Source of the DNA: Candidatus Nitrosopumilus koreensis AR1
GTDB taxonomy: Archaea; Thermoproteota; Nitrososphaeria; Nitrososphaerales; Nitrosopumilaceae
Direction of reading: 5' to 3'
NCBI RefSeq assembly: GCF_000299365.1
Contig: NC_018655.1
Location: 480,001 to 512,000, forward strand
Length of the DNA: 32,000 bases
Positions 19,151 through 27,931 of this stretch are shown here, in pieces; positions within the stretch are counted from its first letter, which is position 1, and each line of letters opens with the position of its first letter. The notes beneath the pieces were generated by a model. The model was not told where the DNA came from. It did not search any database and saw nothing but the letters and a program-made list of their open reading frames with translations. A program made the translations under genes and the position numbers.

Positions 19151-19188
19151 TCCCAACATTTTTAAAAATTTGAAATTATTTTCCCTGT

Positions 19189-19611
19189 ATGAGTTCTGAT
19201 GAAATTTCGTCAATGCTTAATACTGAATCTCAAAAACTTGAGCATCTAATTTCAAATGTATCTGATGATGCAGAAATTAATGAAATTGTGGAGACTTATT
19301 ATCAAGTCATGAATGTTTCTTCAATGATTTCTATGCTAAAACAACAACTAGATTCTGAAAACCACAAAGTTTTGTTAGACCAAGTTGATAAGACTGAACA
19401 GCTCATTTCGGAGAAATTTAATACTGGAATTCATCCAAAAATCCTAGACAAACTTTCAAACTCTATTCAAGAAACTACAAAGACACTACAATCAAGTTCT
19501 GGAGAAAAAACTAAGGATCAAATTGAAACTGAATCTAAATTATTTGAAGAATTACGAAAAAAGATGAGTACAAAAGAATTCGTTGAACAATATGATAAAG
19601 GATTGTCATGA
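19189..19611 (+). CDS. Hypothetical alpha-helical protein (140 aa)
   Basis: ORF overlapping the next start by 4 nt (ATGA). Confidence 0.6.
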   Translation: MSSDEISSMLNTESQKLEHLISNVSDDAEINEIVETYYQVMNVSSMISMLKQQLDSENHKVLLDQVDKTEQLISEKFNTGIHPKILDKLSNSIQETTKTLQSSSGEKTKDQIETESKLFEELRKKMSTKEFVEQYDKGLS

Positions 19612-20426
19612 TTGAACAATTAGCAAAAAATCTTGTTTCTCTAAAAAAAGAATTTGCAAAAACATATGATGGAAAAAGTCAGATGCAAGAAGTAATTCCA
19701 ATTTCAACTTCTGATTTGTTTCAGATATCTCAACAAGATTTAGAACTACTGCATCAGTTTGCAAAAAAGAATCCTATCTATTACAATTCATATGAACAAA
19801 CAATTGGTAATACAAAATGTGTTGTTTATGAAGGTGACATCAACAAATATTGGCTGAACAGTATTCAACATGGTTCTAGCAATGCGCCTTTCTCACCTAC
19901 TTGGATATTGTCAGCCTATGTTGCAACCTTGATGGCAAAAAAACTTGGATATTCTGAAGTGATTGATATTGGATCTGGTGATGGAAGAATTGCTTTTTGC
20001 TCCAAAGTTTTGGATATGGAAGCATATAGCATAGAACTTGATGATCAGTTAATAGAACTTCAAAAGACACTTGTTACAACTCTTGACTTTCATCCATTTT
20101 GTTCTAATGCAATAACTTTTGATTACCAATCTTTGAATTTGACTGCTCCTGTATTTTTCATTGGAGGCCTTGCCCAAATGGGAGGAAATGCTTTAGCAAC
20201 AGGTGTGATTGACCATATTGCTTCTCATGACTTGATGAAAAAATCTGCTTGGGTTTTTGCAGGTACACATTCTCAAAAATATGCTCCTGATCCTAAAAAT
20301 GAGGCTGGTTGGGGAACCCTTATTGAAAAAAACAAATTCCGAAAACTAGAAACAATTTCTTTACCTACTGTTTGGACATTTCATGAAACCGATGAAACTC
20401 CGTATATTTTTGCAGAATCTCAGTAA
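19608..20426 (+). CDS. Predicted SAM-dependent methyltransferase-fold protein
   Basis: SEVIDIGSGDGRIAFCSKVLDMEAYSIELDDQLI resembles class I MTase motif I/II. Confidence 0.65.
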   Translation: MIEQLAKNLVSLKKEFAKTYDGKSQMQEVIPISTSDLFQISQQDLELLHQFAKKNPIYYNSYEQTIGNTKCVVYEGDINKYWLNSIQHGSSNAPFSPTWILSAYVATLMAKKLGYSEVIDIGSGDGRIAFCSKVLDMEAYSIELDDQLIELQKTLVTTLDFHPFCSNAITFDYQSLNLTAPVFFIGGLAQMGGNALATGVIDHIASHDLMKKSAWVFAGTHSQKYAPDPKNEAGWGTLIEKNKFRKLETISLPTVWTFHETDETPYIFAESQ

Positions 20427-20464
20427 TAGCAATCCAAATTAAGTGTAAATTTACCAAAGTTTTC

Positions 20465-20539
20465 GGACTCGTTGCATAGCTTGGATAGTGCGAACGCTTG
20501 CGGAGCGTTAGGTCGCCGGTTCGAATCCGGTCGGGTCCG
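20465..20539 (+). tRNA. tRNA-Arg (anticodon GCG)
   Basis: Hand-folded cloverleaf: acceptor GGACTCG/CGGGTCC, D arm GCAT/GTGC, anticodon arm AACGC-TTGCGGA-GCGTT, T arm GCCGG-TTCGAAT-CCGGT, G73; 75 nt, no intron. Confidence 0.93.
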
Positions 20540-20590
20540 GTTATTTTCATTAGTGAATTCCCTAATAATATTAAAAAAGGAATTTTGCTG

Positions 20591-20740
20591 CTAGCCTAGC
20601 AAACCACTAGCAACAAGATATGCTCCAGCACCCATTCCAATTACTACACCTATACCCATGCAGATGAGGTCATATTTTACGACCTTTTTGAAGGGTGCTT
20701 GAACCATTCTATCCCAGTTTGAGATTTGTGGTGTTTTCAT
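20591..20740 (-). CDS. Small membrane protein (49 aa): MKTPQISNWDRMVQAPFKKVVKYDLICMGIGVVIGMGAGAYLVASGLLG
   Basis: Hand translation; ATG start, TAG stop, single hydrophobic Gly-rich helix. Confidence 0.6.
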   Translation of the reverse strand: MKTPQISNWDRMVQAPFKKVVKYDLICMGIGVVIGMGAGAYLVASGLLG

Positions 20741-20828
20741 AATTCTATTTAGAACTAGTTACAGATAGAATGCGGTAAGCTACTTAGCTTACTCTAGCTT
20801 ATCATCGTGAATGTTGTATGTATTTCAT

Positions 20829-20889
20829 GCAAGAACGACATTTCCCTAGACAAGAAACCATCTGTGAATTTTTTTCACAGCGTTCTTGC
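20829..20889. promoter_or_regulatory. Nested perfect inverted repeats in intergenic region
   Basis: GCAAGAACG (20829-20837)/CGTTCTTGC (20881-20889) enclosing CTGTGAA-TTTTT-TTCACAG (20862-20880); the inner arm abuts the outer arm directly. Confidence 0.5.
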
Positions 20890-20948
20890 ACTTTTATAAA
20901 GAGGGTGATACTTTGAATTTCCCATTAAAAGAAAAATCAAGTGTAACT

Positions 20949-21029
20949 ATGCCCCGTCATAAAAAGACGTTTTATGGATTCTATGTCTCTACTGCTATCT
21001 TAATTGTAATACTTTCCTTGGGATTGTAG
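20949..21029 (+). CDS. Tiny membrane peptide (26 aa): MPRHKKTFYGFYVSTAILIVILSLGL
   Basis: Hand translation; TTTATAAA at 20893-20900 upstream as putative TATA box. Confidence 0.4.
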   Translation: MPRHKKTFYGFYVSTAILIVILSLGL

Positions 21030-21119
21030 TGTTGTTTATAGGGTTTCAAAAAAATTCTGAATGTAATTTACTATGTATCTAAAGAAAAAAGATAAGAGTA
21101 ATCTCTGGAAATAAAGAAC

Positions 21120-21695
21120 ATGAAGCCAAAAATACTTGCATTTGCAGGTAGTACACGTACCGGTTCTTTTAACAAAAAATTGGTCAAAATATCTGCTCAA
21201 GGAGCAATTGAATCTGGTGCAGATGTAACTATAATTGATCTCCGAGACTATTTGATGCCTCTTTTTGATGCAGATTTGGAGGAAAATGAAGGGATTCCAT
21301 CTAATGCATGTAAATTAAAAGAATTATTGTCATCTCATCACGGATTTTTAATTGCATCTCCTGAGTACAATAGTTCTATTTCGGGAGTTTTAAAAAACAT
21401 GATAGATTGGACATCGAGACAGGGTGAAGATGAGGAACCTTTGATAGGTTACAAAGACAAAGTCGCAGGATTGATGAGCGCCTCTCCTGGAAAACTAGGT
21501 GGGTTAAGGGGATTGGTTCATGTTCGCGCTATTCTTGAAAACATGGGAGTATTGGTAATGCCAAACCAAACAACAATATCTCAAGCTCATGAAGCCTTTG
21601 ACTCCAACAATATGTTGAAAGACCAGAAACAAGAACAGAAAGTAAAACGAATTGGATCTGATTTAACTCAAATTTTACTGAAATTAAATTCTTAA
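21120..21695 (+). CDS. NADPH-dependent FMN reductase family protein
   Basis: LAFAGSTRTGSFNKKLVK; SPEYNSSISGVLKNMIDW; GLRGLVHVRAIL. Confidence 0.92.
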   Translation: MKPKILAFAGSTRTGSFNKKLVKISAQGAIESGADVTIIDLRDYLMPLFDADLEENEGIPSNACKLKELLSSHHGFLIASPEYNSSISGVLKNMIDWTSRQGEDEEPLIGYKDKVAGLMSASPGKLGGLRGLVHVRAILENMGVLVMPNQTTISQAHEAFDSNNMLKDQKQEQKVKRIGSDLTQILLKLNS

Positions 21696-21768
21696 CCCTT
21701 TCTGATATTTTTTTGGCCTATTTTGTCCAAATCCTCACAAAAGTATACCTGAATACATAATTTTATGT

Positions 21769-21927
21769 CTAATGATAAATCAGGTATGGAATTTTATCTT
21801 TTATGTCGGGTGTGGGGTTTGAACACTGACCACATCTTGGAAGAATGATTTCTGCATCATAATCGACTTCTCCAATAACTTTGCCACAATCTCTACATGT
21901 TATTGATTTTGTATCATAAATGTTCAA
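21769..21927 (-). CDS. Zinc-ribbon microprotein (52 aa): MNIYDTKSITCRDCGKVIGEVDYDAEIILPRCGQCSNPTPDIKDKIPYLIYH
   Basis: Hand translation; TTG start; CRDC...CGQC. Confidence 0.55.
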   Translation of the reverse strand: MNIYDTKSITCRDCGKVIGEVDYDAEIILPRCGQCSNPTPDIKDKIPYLIYH

Positions 21928-22065
21928 TATGTATATTGTAAGAGATTATTGCCAATAAAGTAACATGTCTCAAAAATGAACATTTGTAAGAAAATTCCAA
22001 TTAAATTAAAAAGATTTTAGGTTTTTAAAAATTAGATTTATTTTTCAGAAAATAGTATATTCAAC

Positions 22066-22164
22066 ATGATGAGTTACCTAGTACATAACAGTTCATTACG
22101 AAATGTCCTGATCTTCATTGGAATTATGGCTGCGGTATCTGCATTAGTTTTGTTTTTAAAATAA
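22066..22164 (+). CDS. Tiny membrane peptide (32 aa): MMSYLVHNSSLRNVLIFIGIMAAVSALVLFLK
   Basis: Hand translation; ATG start, TAA stop, one hydrophobic helix. Confidence 0.4.
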   Translation: MMSYLVHNSSLRNVLIFIGIMAAVSALVLFLK

Positions 22165-22169
22165 ATAAA

Positions 22170-22264
22170 AATTCACTTTATTTGTCTTTTTTAAGTGAAT
22201 TCTAATGAAGGCAGACCTGCATCGCATGAGAGTATAAGGCAGCTGTCTTATCACGAATTCACTT
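22170..22264. repeat. Three copies of a 9-mer in alternating orientation (AATTCACTT / AAGTGAATT / AATTCACTT)
   Basis: 22170-22178, 22193-22201 (inverted), 22256-22264. Confidence 0.7.
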
Positions 22265-22794
22265 GATGCATTATACTGTTTTCATGCTATTAAGGTAGTA
22301 ATCAGTTGATAGTATTCTGAATAAAATCAACTAGTTTGCTTGTTTTAGATTTTTATCAAAAAATATCTTGATTATATTCTAGTCTCAATCTGTTCTTTCA
22401 TGAATCAAAGTTTACTACATCTCAAAACAAATCAAGAGAATTGCAATCATTCTATATCTGCAAGAATGCCTGAATTAATGAATAAACGTGAATGCTTACT
22501 CTGTCACAAAATTTTTGAGGACGGATGAAATGGTCGGTTATTTGGGAGATATTAATCTGAAAATAGTTCATCATCTTGCATAGTAAAAAAAAAGAATGTA
22601 GTATTTACAATATTGAAAATAAGAACAGACAATATTTTACACCTGATACTCTGGAGAATGCAACTACTTTGGGATTTGACATTTGCAAATGGTGTAATTA
22701 AAAAACAAAGTATCTGATGATTTTTTCCACATTTGGGATTTTCTCCCAAGTTTTTTATCATATGTGTGAATTTTCCCAAAAATGTGGGGGAAAC

Positions 22795-22962
22795 ATGTTG
22801 CCAGTTTGTATGATTTGTGGTAAAAATTTTGATGGGAATAAAGAACGATTTTGCTCCCAATCATGTGCTGAAACACATATCAAAGATCTTGAAAAAAGAT
22901 TACATGATGCAATAAAAAATGATCCAAGTCACACCAAAAAAATGTCCGATTCTTCAGAATAA
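22795..22962 (+). CDS. Small FCS-type zinc-knuckle protein (likely start MLPVCMICGKNF..., 55 aa; the track extends to 22717)
   Basis: CMICGKNFDGNKERFCSQSC followed by a charged tail; overlapping minus-strand ORFs lack recognisable features. Confidence 0.65.
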   Translation: MLPVCMICGKNFDGNKERFCSQSCAETHIKDLEKRLHDAIKNDPSHTKKMSDSSE

Positions 22963-23056
22963 TTCTGATGCTTGAATTTTCTATATTTCATGAATCTGGA
23001 ATAAATACTTTGAAATCCTTCGTAATTGCTATATATTATAACTGTAAAATCTTGTC

Positions 23057-24139
23057 ATGAGATTTTCTTTGAATATTTTTGTTATTTCGATACTTGTTTT
23101 GGGATTGGTTTCCAGCCCCCTTTCATTTGCTCAGACCAATAGTACTGATGGCGAAAATATTACTATTGAGTTAGAAGAATCAATCTCAATAACTACTGAA
23201 GAATCTGAAACAGATACTGATGTAACCAGTACAAACTCTACAACTGATGTTGTAACATCTAACTTGGGTCAAGCAGTTTCAAAATTTGTTCATGAGTCAA
23301 GAGAATTATTCAAGCAACAAAAAGAAGAGACCAAAGAAGTAATTGCACAATGCAGAGAAGATATGAGAAATGCTGAACCCTCTGAAAGAAAATCAGTTAG
23401 AGATGAATGCAGATCTAATTTGGAAGAAATTAGAGCCACTTACAAAGAACTTCGAGAAACATACCAAGAAGCTTTCAAAGAATTTAGAGAAAGTATGAAG
23501 GTATTCATAAAAGAATCAAAGGGATTATTAGTTAATTCTGCACAACGAAATGCTGCCATATCTGATATTGAATCATTACCTGACACTGCTGAAGAAAGGG
23601 AACAACTAAGAGAATTAAAACAGAAGATGTCTGAACAACTACGAGAAGAGAAAAAACAACTTCATGAACAAGAAAAAAGAGAACGTGACGAATTAAGAGA
23701 AAAAGACAAAGAAGAAAGAGAATTGCTCAAAGAACAACGAGAACAAGAACGTGATGAATTAAGAACCTCTTTAGCAGGTTCGGATGACGCAGAAGATGCT
23801 GCAAAAGAAATTCGAGAGGCATCTCAAGCCATCATGAGAGCAGAGAATAAGATTAACGAAGCTCAGGCAGACGGAAAGGATGTTTCTGTTTCACTAGAAA
23901 AACTATCTGATGCAAAAGAACTTTTGGCATTGGCACAAGATCATTTTGCTTCTGATGATTTTGCTGAAGCTGAAGAATTAGCTGAAGATGCCAAAGATTT
24001 GGCTTCAGAATCCAGAATGAAATTCCTTGGAAAATCTGCCGAAGATCTAGATGATGAAGACGATGACGAAGATGATGAAGACGATGACGAAGATGATGAA
24101 GACGATGACGAAGACGATGACGAAGATGATGAATCATGA
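23057..24139 (+). CDS. Predicted secreted, highly charged helical protein with poly-Asp/Glu C-terminal tail
   Basis: Signal peptide MRFSLNIFVISILVLGLVSSPLSFAQ; ER/K-rich middle; DDEDDDEDDEDDDEDDE tail. Confidence 0.8.
   Translation: MRFSLNIFVISILVLGLVSSPLSFAQTNSTDGENITIELEESISITTEESETDTDVTSTNSTTDVVTSNLGQAVSKFVHESRELFKQQKEETKEVIAQCREDMRNAEPSERKSVRDECRSNLEEIRATYKELRETYQEAFKEFRESMKVFIKESKGLLVNSAQRNAAISDIESLPDTAEEREQLRELKQKMSEQLREEKKQLHEQEKRERDELREKDKEERELLKEQREQERDELRTSLAGSDDAEDAAKEIREASQAIMRAENKINEAQADGKDVSVSLEKLSDAKELLALAQDHFASDDFAEAEELAEDAKDLASESRMKFLGKSAEDLDDEDDDEDDEDDDEDDEDDDEDDDEDDES
24058..24139 (+). repeat. Degenerate short tandem repeats of GATGATGAAGACGATGACGAA-type units encoding the acidic tail
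   Basis: Direct reading of the sequence. Confidence 0.8.
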
Positions 24140-24288
24140 TGATTGATTTTTGTCTTCTGTAAACTTATTCTAAGTTCAAAATTTTTACCCTCTCTTGTAT
24201 TTTTTATATGCAGTACTGTAATTGAAATTTTTTAAAAAACAATTTTCCGGTATGAATATCTTAAATATTATGATATTCTACGACAACA

Positions 24289-24684
24289 ATGAATCAAGAA
24301 AATTTCAATAATTCAATCAAGGTACAAGATATCATGACTCGTACTTTGATTACTGTTAATCCTGACACTACTGCAATACAAGTAGCAAAAATGATGGAAC
24401 AAGGAAGAATTGGTGCTGTTATTGTAAAAGATGGTGATGATCTTGTGGGTATTGTTACTGATAGAGATTATGCCACAAAGGTTGCTGCAAATAACCTCTC
24501 ATTAGACACTGCTGTAGGGAAAATAATGTCTTCCCCACTGATTACAATAAATCATGATGAGCCAATCACTGCAGCTGCCGAAATGATGGCCAGCAAAAAA
24601 ATAAGAAAACTCGCCGTATCTAATAATGGCAAAATTACTGGAATTATTACCTCCACTGATTTGGTAAAACAACTGGCAAAGTAA
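24289..24684 (+). CDS. CBS-domain pair protein
   Basis: Two CBS repeats: QVAKMMEQGRIGAVIVKDGDDLVGIVTDRDYATKV and AAAEMMASKKIRKLAVSNNGKITGIITSTDLVK. Confidence 0.92.
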   Translation: MNQENFNNSIKVQDIMTRTLITVNPDTTAIQVAKMMEQGRIGAVIVKDGDDLVGIVTDRDYATKVAANNLSLDTAVGKIMSSPLITINHDEPITAAAEMMASKKIRKLAVSNNGKITGIITSTDLVKQLAK

Positions 24685-25110
24685 CTAGTATGTTTTTGTC
24701 TTTCTAAGAAACAAAGTAACTGATGCCATGTAACAGCAAGTGGCAATTATTTCTGAAATCAGTGATGCTGCAAAAGGCTCTATTCCAATTTCTAGAAAAT
24801 AATAGAAAGTTGGCCATCTTATTACAAGATAGACTATCTCTCCAACCCCAAAAGAAGAAATCAGAGTAAATAATTCTCTCCTGATCATCTCTTTTCTCAT
24901 TGATTTAAAACGGTCTTTATTGTCCAAATAAAACAGTCCTGAAAAGATTACAAAATAAACAACATACCCAAAAATGATTGTGAATGTTGTATTGAGATAA
25001 TTATCATAATCTGATAACATTTGCGCAAATGCTGCAGAAAATAATGCTGAAACTACAAAACAAATCAGAAAATTCCTGTTAATTCTTAGTAGTTGTTGAT
25101 TTGACTTCAT
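24685..25110 (-). CDS. Hypothetical multi-pass membrane protein
   Basis: ORF of 141 aa with about four hydrophobic segments. Confidence 0.6.
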   Translation of the reverse strand: MKSNQQLLRINRNFLICFVVSALFSAAFAQMLSDYDNYLNTTFTIIFGYVVYFVIFSGLFYLDNKDRFKSMRKEMIRRELFTLISSFGVGEIVYLVIRWPTFYYFLEIGIEPFAASLISEIIATCCYMASVTLFLRKTKTY

Positions 25111-25160
25111 ATTTTTTTTAAAATCTGATAACTAATATTTTGTTGGAGTCTAGAGTACTT

Positions 25161-25712
25161 ATGAAGAGGTGTGGGTGGGCAACTAAAGAGCCAAACATCA
25201 CTTATCATGATAAAGAATGGGGTAGGCCTCAACACAATGATCGAAAACTATTTGAGTTTCTGATATTGGAAGGTGCACAAGCTGGACTCTCATGGGAAAC
25301 TATCCTCAAACGTAGAGATGGCTACAAAAAGGCATTTTCTAATTTTGATGTTCTTAAAGTTTCAAAATATTCTCAAAAAAATGTATCAAAATTACTTAAA
25401 GATGAATCCATAATTCGAAACAAACTCAAAATTAACTCTGCAATAAACAATGCAAAACAGTTTCTCAAGATTCAAGAAGAGTTTGGCTCTTTTGACCGAT
25501 ATCTTTGGGATTTTGTAGATTACAAGCCTATCAAAAATAAATTCAAAAACTTGTCTGAACTTCCTGCATCTACTGAAATCTCTGAAAAACTAAGCAAAGA
25601 TCTCAAAAAACATGGATTTAGTTTTGTAGGTCCTACAATATGCTATGCTTTGATGCAGGCAATAGGCATGGTAAATGATCATACGCAAGACTGTTTTTTG
25701 TATCAAAAATAA
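25161..25712 (+). CDS. tag: DNA-3-methyladenine glycosylase I
   Basis: RCGWAT...YHDKEWGRPQHNDRKLFEFLILEGAQAGLSWETIL; FVGPTICYALMQAIGMVNDHTQDCF. Confidence 0.94.
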   Translation: MKRCGWATKEPNITYHDKEWGRPQHNDRKLFEFLILEGAQAGLSWETILKRRDGYKKAFSNFDVLKVSKYSQKNVSKLLKDESIIRNKLKINSAINNAKQFLKIQEEFGSFDRYLWDFVDYKPIKNKFKNLSELPASTEISEKLSKDLKKHGFSFVGPTICYALMQAIGMVNDHTQDCFLYQK

Positions 25713-25742
25713 TGATTTTTGGTATGTCTAAAATTGGCTAAT

Positions 25743-26048
25743 TTACATTGATTTCATTTTTTTAATTGCGTCTGAATAATAATTCAAAGGAACTATCTTG
25801 ATTGTACTTACTGATGAGATTCCTACTTCTATACAGAGTCTTTCAATATCGTGTGAGTTATCTGCATCTACTACAATTATCCATTCATGTTCTAACACGG
25901 ACATGTAAAATCCAATCAGTTTGGATATTTTGAATTCCTCCATTTTTGCTTCAATTTTTTCTTGAATTTGAACAAACATCTCTTTGCTGGTTTGATTGTT
26001 CAATGGACATGATTCCGGACTATGAACGGCAAAGACTCCAAATAACAT
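25743..26048 (-). CDS. Hypothetical protein (101 aa)
   Basis: ORF with coding-like composition. Confidence 0.6.
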   Translation of the reverse strand: MLFGVFAVHSPESCPLNNQTSKEMFVQIQEKIEAKMEEFKISKLIGFYMSVLEHEWIIVVDADNSHDIERLCIEVGISSVSTIKIVPLNYYSDAIKKMKSM

Positions 26049-26066
26049 TGTCTTTTTTAGTATTGT

Positions 26067-27332
26067 GTGTCACTGAATTTAAATCATTTCACAAAAACCG
26101 CTGGGCCTGGAATTTTATTTGCTTGTACTGCAATTGGTGTGTCTCACCTTGTCCAATCAACTAGGGCTGGTGCAGATTACGGTTTGATGATTTTGGGTTT
26201 TGTTATTGTAGTTACTTTGCTGAAATACCCTTTCTTTGAATATGGTTCTCGATATGCAAATTCAACTCAAACTAGTATTGTTGATGGATACAAGAAACTT
26301 GGAACTCCTGCACTGTGGTTGTATTTTCTAATTACGGTTGCTTCTATGTTTTTTGTTACCGGTGCAGTAGGGTTTGTCACTGCCGGTTTTTTTGAGAATT
26401 TATTTGGACTTGACTTTCTAGGGGAATGGACAATAATTATTTTGTTTGTTGTATGTGTTGTAATACTTGCAATTGGGAAATACCGTATTCTTGATAGCTT
26501 GATTAAGATTATTGCAATAGTTTTACTCGTATCTACTGTCTCGGCATTTTTACTCACCTTGTATAATGGTCCTGTAGATCCTATAGCAGGATTTGAGCCA
26601 AAAGATCTTTGGGATGTGTCTGGAATTTTTTTCTTGCTGGCCCTGATGGGATGGATGCCGACTGCAGTTGATCTTTCTAGCTGGAATAGTTTGTGGACCT
26701 TGGAGAGAATAAAACAGACAAATTATAAACCAAAACTAAATGAAACACTCTTTGAATTCAGATTGGCATATCTGATTACGGGCATTCTTGCAATAATGTT
26801 TGTCGTACTAGGTGCATTCATTTTTTATGGTTCAGATGATGAATTGCCAAACAATAACGCTCTATTTGCAAATGAAATTGTCTCGTTGTATACTCAAACA
26901 ATAGGGGATTGGAGTTATGTCATTATTGCGGCATCTGCATTTACTGTAATGTTTGGAACAATAATTGCTGTATTTGATGGCTACTCTCGCTCTTTACAAC
27001 GAACCATAGAATTAATTTTTACAAAAAAAGAAGAAAAAATACGTTCAAAATTTCGAACTTTGTACGTTGTATTCTTACTTGTAATTTCTACCGGTTCTCT
27101 TATTGTAATATTTCAATTTGAAAATAATCTCAAAGAACTAGTTGATTTTGCCACTGTACTCTCATTTGTGATTGCGCCTATAATTGCAGTATTTAATTTC
27201 CGGCTAGTTACTGGTAAATTTCTGGACAAATCTTCTCAGCCATCTGCATTGCTGAAGATTCTCAGCTTTGCAGGAATAATTTTCCTAAGTGGCTTTGCAA
27301 TAGTGTTCTTGATAATGAATTTTTACTCATGA
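26067..27332 (+). CDS. Nramp-like transporter, divergent
   Basis: GPGILFACTAIGVSHLVQSTRAGADYG and GWMPTAVDLSSW align with Nramp TM1/TM6 regions but lack DPGN and MPH. Confidence 0.75.
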   Translation: MSLNLNHFTKTAGPGILFACTAIGVSHLVQSTRAGADYGLMILGFVIVVTLLKYPFFEYGSRYANSTQTSIVDGYKKLGTPALWLYFLITVASMFFVTGAVGFVTAGFFENLFGLDFLGEWTIIILFVVCVVILAIGKYRILDSLIKIIAIVLLVSTVSAFLLTLYNGPVDPIAGFEPKDLWDVSGIFFLLALMGWMPTAVDLSSWNSLWTLERIKQTNYKPKLNETLFEFRLAYLITGILAIMFVVLGAFIFYGSDDELPNNNALFANEIVSLYTQTIGDWSYVIIAASAFTVMFGTIIAVFDGYSRSLQRTIELIFTKKEEKIRSKFRTLYVVFLLVISTGSLIVIFQFENNLKELVDFATVLSFVIAPIIAVFNFRLVTGKFLDKSSQPSALLKILSFAGIIFLSGFAIVFLIMNFYS

Positions 27333-27371
27333 TCCTTTAAATTTAGTAAGAAACAATGGTTACTGAAAACA

Positions 27372-27887
27372 ATGAAAATTTCTCCTAAAATGAAGAAAGC
27401 ACTAAATGATCAGATTGCTCTGGAATCTGTAGCATCTAATAGCTATCTGGCAATGGCTTCTTGGTGTGAGGTTACTGGGTATCAAGGTGGTGCAACATTC
27501 TTCTATGCTCAATCAGATGAAGAAAAAACTCACATGCTAAAAATAATCCATTACTTAAATGACATTGGAGCAATCGCAACCATTCCTGCAGTTAAGGAAC
27601 CAAAAAGTTCATACAAATCACTTGAAGAAGTAGTCAAAACTGCACTGAAAAATGAACAAGCTGTTACAAAAGCAATTCACAATATAGTTGAACTTGCACA
27701 TAAAGAAAAAGATCACTGTACCTATGCCTTTTTGGAATGGTTTGTAAACGAACAAGTTCAAGAAGAGACAAAATTTGAAACAATCTTGCAAAAGTTTGAT
27801 CTTCTTGGTAGAGATAAACTAGGAATTAATGAAGTTGACAAATTTTTAGCTTCTGAATCTGGTGATTCGTCTTCACCTGCAGCCTAA
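27372..27887 (+). CDS. ftn: Ferritin
   Basis: ALNDQIALESVASNSYLAMASW; FFYAQSDEEKTHMLKIIHYLND; EWFVNEQVQEE. Confidence 0.93.
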   Translation: MKISPKMKKALNDQIALESVASNSYLAMASWCEVTGYQGGATFFYAQSDEEKTHMLKIIHYLNDIGAIATIPAVKEPKSSYKSLEEVVKTALKNEQAVTKAIHNIVELAHKEKDHCTYAFLEWFVNEQVQEETKFETILQKFDLLGRDKLGINEVDKFLASESGDSSSPAA

Positions 27888-27931
27888 ATTTTTTCTAAAA
27901 TAATTAATACTGCATTATTTGCTATTCCTTC

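Noticed and set aside
20365-20550. Minus-strand 61-aa ORF MKITGPDRIRTGDLTLRKRSHYPSYATSPKT...
   Set aside because: It is the antisense translation of the tRNA-Arg gene. The GPDRIRTGDL-type peptide is a known annotation artefact from tRNA genes.
22552-22876. Minus-strand ORFs of 102 aa (22552-22860) and 70 aa (22664-22876)
   Set aside because: Both are antisense to the plus-strand zinc-knuckle gene, which has a clear CxxC...FCSxxC motif; the minus translations have no recognisable features.
23853-24137. Minus-strand 94-aa ORF rich in HHLRHRL repeats
   Set aside because: Antisense of the Asp/Glu repeat tail; repeat composition produces an artefactual open frame.
24058-24139. Possible CRISPR-like or noncoding repeat array
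   Set aside because: Short degenerate tandem units without spacers, fully in frame with the secreted protein gene; it is coding low-complexity sequence.
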